Part shown: positions 1 to 12,108 of the stretch, piece after piece
How positions within the stretch are numbered: position 1 is the first letter of the stretch
Layout: every line of letters starts with the position of its first letter
Assembly: GCF_018350175.1 (NCBI RefSeq)
Contig: NC_058368.1
Location: 30,568,001-30,632,000 of the forward strand
Direction: 5' to 3'
DNA from: Felis catus
Taxonomy: Eukaryota
DNA length: 64,000 bases
The notes under the pieces: generated by a model
Told to the model about the DNA's origin: nothing
The model's database searches: none
What the model saw: only the letters and a program-made list of their open reading frames with translations
Position numbers and translations under genes: made by a program

Positions 1-1331
1 ATCAAGTCTGTTTACTCTGGAGATTTCATTCAAGATAAAATATGTAACGTAAGGATTTGGGTATTTTAAAACATATCCACTAAAGTCATTGGAAATTTTG
101 TATGTCATCTAACTTCATCTTACGACCGCTTTCAATCAGTTTTCCCTTTTCTTTCCCTGTTTTTCAATCCCCGAAAACAAAGAGATTCCTTATCTTTTCC
201 ATTCTTAAATAATTTCTCGATTTACAGTAACATTGCTCTAAAATAAATATTCTTTGCACTTCTGCACAAGGGACTGAGTGACCATAGTAATTCTGAAGGA
301 ATAGACAATGATGAATAAATGTGTGATAGCCCCAAATCTTGTATTTTGAAGATGGATCATCCTTCAGGAGAGAAATCAGTATAATAGGACAAGAGTGTTT
401 ATCATATGTTACAAACAAAGCCTGCTTTGTCAGCCATTATTTAGTATGATATCCAAAACATATCTGCAATTTTGTTCAGACATCTATCTTTACTAGAGTT
501 CTGGTAGTGGAAATCTTCAGAGTTCTCAAGACTTCAAGAATGTTTTAGTGTTACCTATGCTATGTTGTATTATATTCAAATATGTTTCATCCGATCACTA
601 TAAGCAACTTCCTCCTGAGATATTATTTGATGAATAATTCTCCTTTGTTTCAGTAAGGTCACCGTAATAGCCAGGCATATTTTGGTTGTATTATTAACAA
701 GGATACCTATTTTGTCTATATAGAAGAAGAAATTATTAGCATATTTTTTGGTTAACAGTCAGCTTATGTTTTCTGCACTATGTCCTTACTCGCTCTCAGA
801 TTAGTACAGGCTATATGTAGAAATGAATTCTTCCAGACCACTGTAAATATCTGTTATAACGTACTCTTTTTATGTTTCCAATCCTACCTTTAAATTATTT
901 GACATTCTCATCATTGCTAAGAATTTTTCTGTCCTCTACCAGTTTCTAATTATTTATTTAAAACTGTTTTCTATTACAAGAAAGTGAGGGCTTGAATCTA
1001 TTTAAATATAGATATATCTTTCCTTGAGAATTTGGATTTAACTTAGTAAAAACAAAATGTAACCATCATTCCTATTTACCTAGTACTCCCTGTCTTCTGG
1101 AAACTTAGTTCATGTGATCAACATACATCTGGAAATTGAATGGCTAAATTTGGCATTCAATTTTGGTATAGAACAGTATCAACCCAAAGAATATTCAAAA
1201 GGTGAAATGAAAGTTAGACCTATTTTTTAGGATTTTTATCAATATTTAATCTGGGATCCAGCGCCAGTCCCAACGAAATGGAACAAGGGAAGGAGGAATC
1301 ACTTGTTTTCTAATTTTTTAAAAACACCTTT

Positions 1332-1536
1332 GGGGCACCTGGGTGCCTCAGTCAGTTAAGCATCTGACTCTTGGTTGTGGCTCAGGTCACGATCTCACCG
1401 TTTAGTGAGTTCCAGCCCCAGGTCAGGCCCCTGCACTGTGGAGCCTGCTTGGGATACTCTGTCTCCCTCTCTGTCTGCCCTCCCCCACTAGCTCTGTCTC
1501 TCTCAAAATAAATAAATAAGCTTAAAAATTATATTT
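1332..1536 (+). mobile_element. Can-SINE (SINEC), first of three tandem copies
   Basis: GGGGCACCTGGGTG head, tRNA-like A/B boxes, CT-rich body, AATAAA tail; TSD aaaaa(c/t)accttt at 1320-1331 and 1537-1548. Confidence 0.95.
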
Positions 1537-1580
1537 AAAAATACCTTTAATACTTTAATAAAACAGGAAAAAAAAAAAAA

Positions 1581-1768
1581 GGGAACCCGCGTGGCTCAGT
1601 TGGTTAAGCATCTGACTTGGGCTCAAGTCATCTGATGCTTTGAGCCCCTCATTGGGCTCTCTGCTGTCAGTACCCAGACTGCTTTGGATCCTTTGTCCCC
1701 TTCTCTCTCTGCCCCTCCCCCACTCACAGGTGCTGTCTCTCAAAACTAAAATAAACATTCAAAAAAAA
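1581..1768 (+). mobile_element. Can-SINE (SINEC), internally shortened
   Basis: GTGGCTCAGTTGGTTAAGCATCTGACT head, CT region, A-rich tail. Confidence 0.9.
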
Positions 1769-1776
1769 TCACTGAA

Positions 1777-1992
1777 GGGGCCCCTGGGTGGCTTAGTCGG
1801 TTAAGTATCCAACTTCGGATCAGGTCATGATCTCCGTTTGTGGGTTTGAGCCCCACATGGGGCTCTGTGCTGCCAGCTCAAAGGCCTGGAGCCTGTTTCA
1901 GATTCTGTATCTCCTTTTCCCTCTGCCCCTCCCCCGCTCGTGCTCTGTCTCTCTCTGTCTCAAAAATAAGTAAGAAAATAAAATAAACGTTA
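1777..1992 (+). mobile_element. Can-SINE (SINEC_Fc-like)
   Basis: Full head to tail; degenerate TSD aaa(a/c)atcac(t/c)gaa overlapping the previous SINE tail. Confidence 0.95.
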
Positions 1993-3649
1993 AAAACATC
2001 ACCGAAAATGTGGTAAGTTTTTATACTAGTATGGTTTTCTTTGTTTGTTTGTTTTTTGTTGTTTTGTTTTTGGTCAGGAAAACTTGGATCTAGCAGTTTC
2101 TTAATGTCTGAAATTGTCATGACATGTATTCGATATCTACAACAAGGTCTTGTTTACTTACAATGTAACCAAATAACATGAGGGACAGGGGCATACACAA
2201 CCATGCTCATGCAGTGTAAGTTACTGTTTCTCGGAATTCAGACATGTTCATGGTCATTGAGTAGTCTCTGCTGGGCTCCAGGGTGAGGATGGGGGAGTAC
2301 AGGGATCATTACCAGCTGGATTTGGAGGACGTGGGAGGGGGCCACACTCAGGTGGAGCCACTCTGAGCCTCCTGATAAAGCAGTAGCCCCAACTCCCCTT
2401 CTCCGAATCCCAAGACCAGAAGAAAGCCACAACTGTCTCAGAAATGCTTTTGTGTACTTTTATGTAACTTCATAAATTTCCAAATGTGTTGTTGGCTCAA
2501 ACCAAACAGAATATATTTCTAATTTACAATTGCTGTTCTGTGAGATGGTGGCCAGTTTTCTGTGCAATAAAATGGGACATCAAGATTTGTAGGCTGTTCT
2601 CATTGTGAACATAGTGCACTGGGACAAGCATAAATGATGCCATTAAAGATTCATTCCGCAACCCTTGCTAGAGTTTTATACAGCTACGTGGCATTACTTT
2701 TAATACAGATTTAGAATATATGTTTCTTCCCTTTCATTTTACAGTTTAAATATTTGTGGTTTGTTTGGTTTAGCACCTGCTTCTATGTTAACCTTCCAAG
2801 ACGGAACACCTCCCATTTGGGTATCTCCTCAGCTATTTCTCCAGACTCTCATTAAAAGAAATACTTGTGAGCATTTCTTTCAAAGTAAGCGCAGCTCGTC
2901 TCCTCTGCTCCTGACCTTCTCAGAGACTGAGCCCTAACAATGAGCCAAGCTGAGCTGCCCTCTCTCAAACCATTCCTGGAGCAAGAATATTTATTTAATG
3001 TTTGTTTAACAAAAGACTTTTGGTTGGCATACGGAGTTATGTATAAGAAAAGAGAGAGGAAGGGTTAGAAATCAATAGTATTAATAAAGTTCTATTTGTC
3101 AAAAATAAAGGGCTGTCTTCAAGGGATGCATAGTTTGTCTAGTACTTTAGGTGCTGGAAAATGTACCAGAAAACCAGATTTGTTTTGGCCGTTCTCCCCT
3201 GTAGCTTAGCCATCTCACAGCTAACGTGAGAATTGCCTGGACATATTTAGTGTCGTATACTTTAGGATCTTTGAAAGCTTCTATGTTTTTAATGGAAATA
3301 TTTCAGTATAAAATACTTATTAGCTTCTCTCTTGGTTCCTTCAACCGGTTTTTTAAATGTGTGTATTTTCAAGAGACCTCGAGAGCTGGGTGTCCATCTT
3401 ATCCACAGCAAAACTAACTTGCACAGATTAGTATATACACAGTCTTTGTCTATAGGTTCTGGGATTTATGGATCTTCTCCAGACCATCAGGCACTTCTCA
3501 AGTTAAGAACACCTGTTCTGTTTCTTCTTTTTTCCTCAGTATGTAAATATATTCTAGAGAGACTCTCCCTTAGTTAAAACAGACAACACAAAACTATCCC
3601 CTAATTTGAATGCTTTAGAGTCTTGCGTAGTTAAAAAATGCCTTCCTCT

Positions 3650-4370
3650 CTCCACACTCGTTATCGGCCACCTACTACTCCATTTCGCTTCTTCCCTTCA
3701 GCCGTATACTCACTTTCTCTAGTCACCCACACTTCAATCTCTTGCTCAGTCAGCTGCCTTCTGGCTTCTATTCCATTGAAGTTGCTCTTGGTCAGGTCAC
3801 CAAATAGCTTCCTAGTTTTTGATACTAACGGACCCTTTTAAAACCTTTACCTTACTTTTTCTTCTCGTCAGCATTGGGCCTTTCTGTGGGGAGAAGGGAG
3901 AAAATAAATGACTTTCTAGGTCCTCTGAACTGTTCCTTCTTGATTTCTTATAGGTCTTGTGATCATCTTGACACCGTGTTTTCTTGTTTCCTAGCATCCC
4001 ATCATCATTTTTTTGCCTCTTGAATTTCCTGGGTGAGCACACAGGCTGATGGGCTCCTATCTCTCTATTCCTGACCAAGAGTACTCCGAGCACTGAGCTC
4101 CTAAGTCTAGCCATTCCCATGCATTTTCTCCTGACAGTCTCAACAGATATCTCAAAATCAGAGTTTCACAATTAAACCCACCTTTTCTGAAAAACTGTTT
4201 TCCTCTATCTTTTTTGTCTCAACGAGAGACATTTCTGCAAATTCAGTTATCTAATAGAACAACCTGGGACTCATCCTCTGCTCCTTTTCCCCCATTTAAC
4301 ACATTTTGTTGGTGACCACATGTTGTAGACTCAAACTCTGTCACTTCTTTCTACCTTCCTGTTACCTTCA
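3650..4370 (+). mobile_element. L2 LINE fragment (RT region)
   Basis: ccattgaagttgctcttggtcaggtcaccaa resembles the L2 ETALVKVTND-coding motif; pyrimidine-rich L2-like sequence follows. Confidence 0.7.
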
Positions 4371-4446
4371 TTTCAGAAATATTTATGAAGCAGCTGATTG
4401 GATTGGATAAGGGAATGAAAGAGAAGAAAGATTTCCAAAATTAAAT

Positions 4447-4581
4447 ACATATATATATACACACACACATATATGCATAAGTATATATATACACATACAT
4501 ACATACACACATACATATATATGCATAAATATATATATACACACGTATGTATGTGTGTGTATGTGTGTGTATATATATATG

Positions 4582-4613
<32 letters not shown>

Positions 4614-4650
4614 TATATACATATATATATACACACACACACACACACAT
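4447..4650. repeat. Compound (TA)n/(CA)n/(TG)n microsatellite
   Basis: Direct reading. Confidence 0.97.
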
Positions 4651-4669
4651 ACTTTTTCCCCTGTCTTTA

Positions 4670-4912
4670 TGCTGCAATCTCAAGGTAGAATTTCTTTTCT
4701 GGGAAATGTTAGTTTTTGCTTTTGTATCCTTTCAGCCGATTGGATGAGGCCCGCCCAGTATATCCAGTATAATCTCCTTTATGTACAGTCAGTTGACTGT
4801 AGATGTTAATTCCATCACCGAAATACTTGTATAGCAATACCTAGATTAGTGTCTGAAAAAGTAATTGAGGACTACAGCCAATCCGGATTGACACAGAAAA
4901 CTAATTGTCACA
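4670..4912 (-). mobile_element. MLT2-type ERVL LTR fragment
   Basis: gattggatgaggccc and ttgacacagaaaactaattgtcaca match the reverse complement of the MLT2 start (TGTGATGGTTAATTTTATGTGTCAA). Confidence 0.7.
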
Positions 4913-6298
4913 GGTGAGAACAGTTCAGCTTCCAGCGCAGATTTGAACCACCTGTGGTTGCTATGTTACCATATTATCATGTCTAATAGACTCTTACTGG
5001 TTGTCCTGAGGGGGTAAAGAAAGAGGAGAGAGAAATGGGATTGTAGTACAGTCTCTATAATTGGTTTGTGATCTTTTGTTTTCTTTGTCATTCCAATGCC
5101 AAAGAAAATCAACCTAATTAGTGACTTCACATCAAATTACCTGTATCTATATGAGTTCATCTCTCTCTACAGTGTTTGCAAAGAAGGGACTAGCCAACAG
5201 CAAAGAAGAGTCCTGATTATATGAATTTAACACTTTCAACACTATGAATTTAAATACTTTAATAGTTTGCTTTGCTTCTATGACATCCTGTGACCCTGTG
5301 CTCTGCCGATGCATGGGGCTAGCTGGTAGGGCTCACTCTTCTCACTTCTGGACCCAACAGAGTTCCCAGCAGCAGCCCAGTGGCCTCCTAGAAAGGAAGT
5401 GAGCCCCAAAGCATTGTAATTGATAACGACGTGATCATTAAAACCCAGAGGTAAATAGGCTGGTTGGTCATCAGCATGCTACAGAAGGAACAAGTTGAAA
5501 ACAATGGCCCAGTAAAAGAAATGTACAATTTGAAGGATGTGGTGATGATTACATTCAGCCCATGATTTTTTTGTCAATTTGTTTGACTTTACTTTTTGCC
5601 CCCTGGCAGTTGAATTGTCTGCTTTTTCCTCAAAGCTGTTAAGGTTTGAGAAGGAAAACAACGTAGGCATTTTAATTAAGTTAGAGGCAGTGTTTGCTCG
5701 AAAAGTAGTCACTCCGAAATAACGTGGTCTCCTCTGCATTGACAGCAGCAGTTTCAAAGGGTCTTCTGGAAGAATTAAGAGAGGCTTAAGTTTAAACTAA
5801 AAGTAACACGACAGTTACAAGCTCTGCATTCATGCTGTGTTCAAAAGCTTCCTCGATTTCAATTTCCCTTCCTTTTTGAATAAGTAGGGAGGAAGAGAAT
5901 AAATAATATCTTGTAGAAGTTTTCCTCCTGTGGGACCCCATCTTTCCGCAGTGAGCTACTGCACATTCCCTAGTCAAAGGACATAAATGCAGACCTCCGG
6001 GGGCATTTTAAAGAAAAAGATCACCAGAAAAGTGACATTTCTAGAAATAGTATCATGGTGTTCGCTCATTAGCCTCGGCTGGTGCTGAGCTGTTCCTCTT
6101 GAAGAATCCCTCTTAAAATCCTGCACTTCTAAACTTGGCATCATAAAAGGCAGTGGAAACTCTTCACTTGAAAACAATTCATATTCTCTTACTCTCTGGC
6201 CAGCATTAGGAGTAAAAGATCCAGAAAGCAAAGATCCCAATTTACCTTACTTACTCAGTATTTTCAAAGACTCCTTCCTGCTCATTTCCTATTGATCT

Positions 6299-6833
6299 AT
6301 GTGTGAGAGCCTCTTAAAAAGTCCCCAGTGATCTGGCCTCCTGGTGTCAACACCCTTGGGTACTTACCTACCCTTGCGTAGGCACTGGATCTCGTGACTT
6401 TTTTTTCCAGTGGAGAGCATGTGGCAAAAGTGATGGGATGTCCCTTCTAAGATTAGGTTACAAAAGACCTGTGGTTTCCAACTGAAGCACCCTCTCTCCT
6501 TCTTTGGGGCCCTAAAGAATCAGCCAGCTGCTGCATTCTGAGCTGCCCTGTGGAGAGGCTGACATAACAAGGAATTGGGATCTCTGATCAACAGCGGGAA
6601 AAGACTTGGGACTTATTAACAATCTCATGGGGAAGGCGGAGAACGTATCCTACCACCCGTCAAGCATTGAGATGACTACAGGGCAGTCAGCACCTGGATT
6701 GTAGCCTTGTGACTTATTCCAGCTAAACTGTGCCTGAGCTCCTGACCAGCAGAAGTTGTGAGATAAGTATTTGTCATTTAAAGCTGCTAAATTCGGGGGT
6801 AATTTTTTATCCAGGGGTAAGATGATTAGTATA
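6299..6833 (+). mobile_element. MaLR solo LTR (MLT1E/F-like)
   Basis: ccccagtgatctggcctcctggt, ggcaaaagtgatgggatgtc and tgtgagataa...aagctgctaaattcgggggtaatt are typical MLT1 motifs. Confidence 0.8.
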
Positions 6834-7454
6834 TGTTATGTAGAATAACAAATATATCACTTTTCCAAGAAACTCACTGTGTTTGCTTCCACCTGGCCCA
6901 TAAAGGAAGAATAGGCAAGATCTCCAGATAATTTAATCAATTTAGATAAGCTAGATTACTCGGCTTCAAAGAAAATGCTCTTTTTAATGCTACTCAGTTT
7001 CGCTGTCTTCGTTGATTAAGTTAACTTACTGATAGCCAAATTCCCTGCTTTACTTTCTTATGGCTTATGTACACAGGCTACAAAATCCAGAATTCATTTC
7101 TTTTCCTTTGTTTTGTTAATTTAGAACAAAAGCAGAAGTGTTTTTTTTGTTTGTTTTGTTTTTAGCAATACTAGCAAAGATTACTTAAAGGGGTGTTAAA
7201 AGAGATGAAACGTCACTCATATTTTTGGAATAAAACATATTTGAATATTAAAACACACAGAAAACATTTTCAAAGGTCAAGGCTTTAGTGAGCAGAATTA
7301 CCGGGAGAATCATTTGGGTAAACATGTGTTAATTAGCATAATTCTGAGACAGGGCACACATGACCGTGCAGGTTAGTAGAAAGGAGGAGAATTGGTCTGT
7401 TAGAAATTATTCTTATCATGTGGCATAAGTGGTGGCATCTGGTAATGAAGATAG

Positions 7455-7656
7455 TAATATTTATATAGCACATTTAATAATAATACACAATGTTTTTGAA
7501 CACTTATTACTTCCTACTCATTCATTATCTTACTTAATCTTCACAATAAAGGTGGATTGAGGTGGATACTGCTACCATCTTCATTTTATGGGTAAGACAA
7601 TGGAGATTAGGAAAGGTGAAATAACTTGTGTAAGGTCACACGGTAAGTGGCAAAGC
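7455..7656 (-). mobile_element. MIR
   Basis: Reverse MIR core: cattttatgggtaagacaatggag...aacttgtgtaaggtcacac. Confidence 0.75.
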
Positions 7657-7970
7657 AAGTGTTCTCTTAGGGTACACGAAAGCTAAAGTGGATTTTGATT
7701 GAATTCATAGTGACTGAAGTCTTCTGTGATTATTTAGAATAGGACCGTATTCCTCTTTCATTCCCACATTTGTTCTCGTCTAGGTGAGGTGAGTCTATTA
7801 AATTGGATTTCTGTTGAGCAGTCATATGTTTATATCTGAAAAAAGGGTTGATCTGATTTCCTTCTGGATAGAAGGTGAGACAGAATTATATTCTCTGAGA
7901 CCAAGGAGTATATACTATGTGAAATCACATCCATCTTTTAAGACAATAAATTAAAATTTAAGTTATTTTT

Positions 7971-8182
7971 ACATTTTTTAATGTTTATTTGGTTTTGAAG
8001 GAGAGAGAGACAGAGTGTGAGTGGGGGAGGGGCAGAGAGAGAGGGAGACACAGAATCTGAAGGAGGCTCTGGGCTCTGAGCTGTCAGCACAGAGCCCGAT
8101 GCGAGGCTCGAACTCACAAACCGCGAGATCATGACCTGAGCTGAAGTCAGACGCTTAACTGACTGAGCCACCCAGGCACCTC
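7971..8182 (-). mobile_element. Can-SINE (SINEC_Fc-like)
   Basis: Full reverse copy; degenerate TSD aaaa(t/a)ttaagt(t/a)attttt. Confidence 0.95.
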
Positions 8183-9638
8183 AAAAAATTAAGTAATTTT
8201 TAAAAACTAAAATGATATGCTCTTTTAAAAAAACAGCAAGCTGGGGTGTGACATCTGCAAGATGGAGGAATAAGACACCCCAGATGTCATTCCCGCACAG
8301 GGATACTGACTTGACAACAATACATGGTACAAAAGTTCTTATTAGAATTCCAGAAACCAGTTAAGAAATCTCGATACTTCAGGCAGGCTCAAAACCATGA
8401 ACAATTGCACTGAAACTGGTAAGAAAAACCATTTTAATTCAAAACCACGTCAGCCCTTCCCCCAAGCTGGTACAGCACAGGGCAGTCAGGAGAAAAAAAC
8501 CCCAATGTACAACTTCTTTCTTGAGAGGGAAAGAGAGTAAAATTTATCCAGCATTCTGGCCTTTGGGCAGCTTCACGAGGGATTGGTTTCTGCGTACCTG
8601 AGGTTAGAATGCTGAGAGGGAACCAGTGTACTTTGGATGGTTAGGGACAGTTGAGAACAAGAGAGCTCATTGGCCTGTTGCAGCATCAGAGTGCCTCCAA
8701 CCACTTCAGATAGAAGCTAGCACAGTTCAAAGGGATTAGGAAAAGTTGCCCAGTGCGGCTTCTACCTCAGGACGAAAAGAGAAGGCTGCAATATGTATGT
8801 CCAACAGTCCAGCTTTCAGGGAACTTCTTGAAGACTTAGTTTCTGTCCCACCTGACTCGGAGTGCTGCTTCAGCTGGCATACTTTGGATGCTTGGGGGTC
8901 ACGGAAGAGAAAAGAGAGCTTATTGGCCCTTGAGCCTCAGAGACCACAGACAGATACCAGAATCAGCAAGAGCTGATAAATTTCTGAAAACTAACCAGCA
9001 ACCTCTTAAATAGGGAAATTATACTTACAAGCCCAGAAAGACACAACCCCATACTCCTCGTAAAAGATTTGAAAGGCTCTAGGAATCTCCAGCCAGATGG
9101 TTGGCGAAAGTCTTCCCTTGTAGGATGCCAGTCCACAAAGACTGGGAGAAAGACTGGCTCTTTTTACAAATCCACAAATCACAACAGATAAATAACAAGG
9201 CACACAAAGAAACAGAAACATGGCCCAATCAAAGGAGCAAAATAAATCTCTAGAAACTGAGGCTAAAGAAAAAAAAAAAAGATCTATGAAATAAGAATTC
9301 AAAATAATCACCTTGAAAATCTCAATGCACTAGGAGAGAACACGGATAGACAACTACACAAAATCAGGAAAAAGATGCATGGACAAAATAAACGTGACAA
9401 CCAAATGAACATGTCAAGTAGGAAGTATAGAAAAGAAGCAAACATTCTGGAGTTGAAGAATTGAAGAACTGAGTTAAAAAATTCACCAGAGAGGTTCGAT
9501 GTCAGACATAATCAAGTGGAAGAAAGAATCAACAAACTCAAAGACAAGTCATTTAGAGTGATTGAGTCAGAGAAAAATAAAAAAGGAATGAGGAAAAGTG
9601 AAGAAAGCCTAAGGGACTCATGGTCCCTTATGTTCAAA

Positions 9639-11052
9639 GGAGTGACATCACCAAGATGACATTATAGGAGTTTCTAGCACTTGTCCCTTCACAGCAACAT
9701 CAATTTTAAGAACTCTTTCCACACACAAAAAAACACTTTCTCAATAGCCAAAGATTCCAGGTGAGAGATTGCAGCACCTGAGTGGAAAATACAAATAAGA
9801 ATAGATCTATTGAAGTGGGTAGGAAGGACAGTTTCACATTACCCCTGATGACCCCTGCCTGGGCAGGCAGCCCAGTGTGGAGAAAGATCCTCCCCGTGAG
9901 GGAAGAAGAGTGAAGTGAGCACCAGGCCCACCCGAGTGAATACCAGTGCCAAACACCCCTGGGCCTTGTCTTCAGGCTGACCCCAGCAGACTACCACTGT
10001 GGTTCCAGGCTCCAGGCTTAAAACATCCCAGGGCATCTCCTGAAGTCTCAGGTTCTAGACTGGCTACCATGCCCCCAAGTTGACAGCCTGCTCCAGCACC
10101 AGCTCAGCCCCTTTGACCCCAGTCTGAATCATATGCACCAAGGCTCCTGGCATACCCCAATGCACAGACATCAACTCAAGGCCACAAAGATCATAAATAA
10201 TCAAGGAGACATGGTACCACCAAAGGAACAAATGAACTACCAGTAACTGACCATAAAGAAATGGAGATCTATGAACTGCCTGACAAAGATTTAAAAATAA
10301 TCATGCGAATGAAACTCAATGAGCTACAAGAGAACATATAAAGGCAGAGGACAAAATCAGGAAAATAATAACCAGTGGGTTAAAGAAGAAATCACAAGGA
10401 AATCAAAAAATATCTTGAGACAAATGAAAATGGAAAAACAAGGTATAAAACTTCTGGGATGCGACAAAAGCTATTTTAAGAGAGAATTTTCTAGTGATAA
10501 ATACCTACAATAAGAAAAAGGAAAGATCTCAAATAAGCAACTTTTTACCTCAGGGAACTAGAAAAGAATGCATTAAGTCCAAAGTTAGACGAAGGAAGGA
10601 CATAATAAAGAGCAGAAAAGAAATAGAGACTAGAAAAACAGTAGAAAAGATCAATGAAACTAAGAGTTGGCTTTTTGAAAAGATAAAAAAAAAAATAACA
10701 CACCTTTAGGTAAACCAAGAAAAAGTGATGAGATTTAAATGAATAAAAACAGAAATGGAAGAGGCGATATTAGAACTGATGTAATAGAAATACAAAGGAT
10801 CATAAGAGAGTACTAGAGATCTGAAGCGCGGGCATGATGAAAATCATTAATAATACTGTATTGGATACTGAAAATGTTCTGAGAGTAGCTTTCAGGTTCT
10901 TCTTCATAGACACATAGAAGTTAACTATGTCATGAGATGATATGCTAGTTAACTTGACTGTAGCAATCATTTTACTGTGTATATGTATTTCAAATCATCA
11001 TGCAGGACACATAAAAATACATAAAATTTTATTTAAAATATGTAAATAAAAA
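9639..11052 (+). mobile_element. Nested, internally deleted L1 retaining 5' and 3' ends (L1MA-like 3'UTR)
   Basis: Second 5' start ggagtgacatcaccaagatg; ORF1 start region at about 10200; jump to ORF2 at about 10368; jump to 3'UTR at about 10814; A-rich tail ending 11052. Confidence 0.8.
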
Positions 11053-11197
11053 GTTTACAGGCCTCCCAATAGAATGAACCCAGAGGCCCGCACCATGACA
11101 CATTGTAACCTAATCCAACTATCAAAAGCCAAAGACAGACAGCATCTTGAAAGAAGGAAGGGAAAGTGTCTCTTCATGTACAAAAGAGTTTTCATAA

Positions 11198-11436
11198 GGG
11201 ATACCAAGTGGCTCAGTTGGTTAAGTGTCCAACTCTTGGTTTCCACTCAGGTCATGATCTCATGGTTCATGAGTTTGAGCCCCACATCGGGCTCTGTGCT
11301 GACACCATGGATGCTGCTTGGGATTCTCTCTTTCTCTCTCTCTCACTCTCTCTCTCTCTCCCTCCCTCTCTCTCTGCCCCCACCTCTGCTTGTGCATTTG
11401 CTCTCTCTCAAAATAAATGAATAAAAAGTAAAAAAA
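11198..11436 (+). mobile_element. Can-SINE inserted in L1 ORF1
   Basis: TSD aaaagag(t/a)tttcataag on both sides. Confidence 0.95.
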
Positions 11437-12065
11437 AAAAGAGATTTCATAAGATTATCAGTGGATTTCCTAGCAGAAAGATTACAGGCCAGAGGAGAAT
11501 GGGATATTATATTCAAAGTGCTAAAAGAAAAGAACAGTTAACCCAGGACTGGTCTTCAAAAATGAGGAGAAATACAGGCTTTCCCAGATAATCAAGTCCT
11601 AGGGGAATTTATCACCACTATATCTGCCTTAAAAGAATTGACAAAGGGAATCCTTCAAGCTCAAACAGAAGGACGCTGCACAGCAACATGAGAACATACA
11701 AAAGTATGAAGCTCTTTGGTATAGGTTAATATATAGACAATTACAAAGTCATGTAATACTGTAATAGTGCTATGTAAAACACTTGTAATTCAGATATAGA
11801 ATATAAAAGGTAAAAGCATAAAGATAACTGTAACTATAAAACTATGTAGATTGTTATGAAACGTGAAAGATTTAATCTGTGACATTGATAACACAATGTG
11901 GGTGGAGATATAAAGGTGGAAAGTGTTTGTATATGATCAAAGTTAAGTTTTTATCAGTTAGAAATATATGTTTGTAACTATGTTTTATGAAATCCCCAAT
12001 GGTAACCATAAAGAAAACATTTACAGAAGATACACATAAGAAAAGGAATGAATCAAAGCATGCTG

Positions 12066-12067
<2 letters not shown>

Positions 12068-12106
<39 letters not shown>
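12068..12106. repeat. (CA)n microsatellite
   Basis: Direct reading. Confidence 0.97.

Positions 12107-12108
<2 letters not shown>

Noticed and set aside
4373..4809. Overlapping Y/I/C/V/H/T-rich ORFs (also at 24584-25117)
   Set aside because: Translations of TA/CA/TG microsatellites.
7938..8171. Recurrent 'MAQSVKRLTSAQVMIS...' ORFs across the window
   Set aside because: Translations of Can-SINE sequence, not a gene family.
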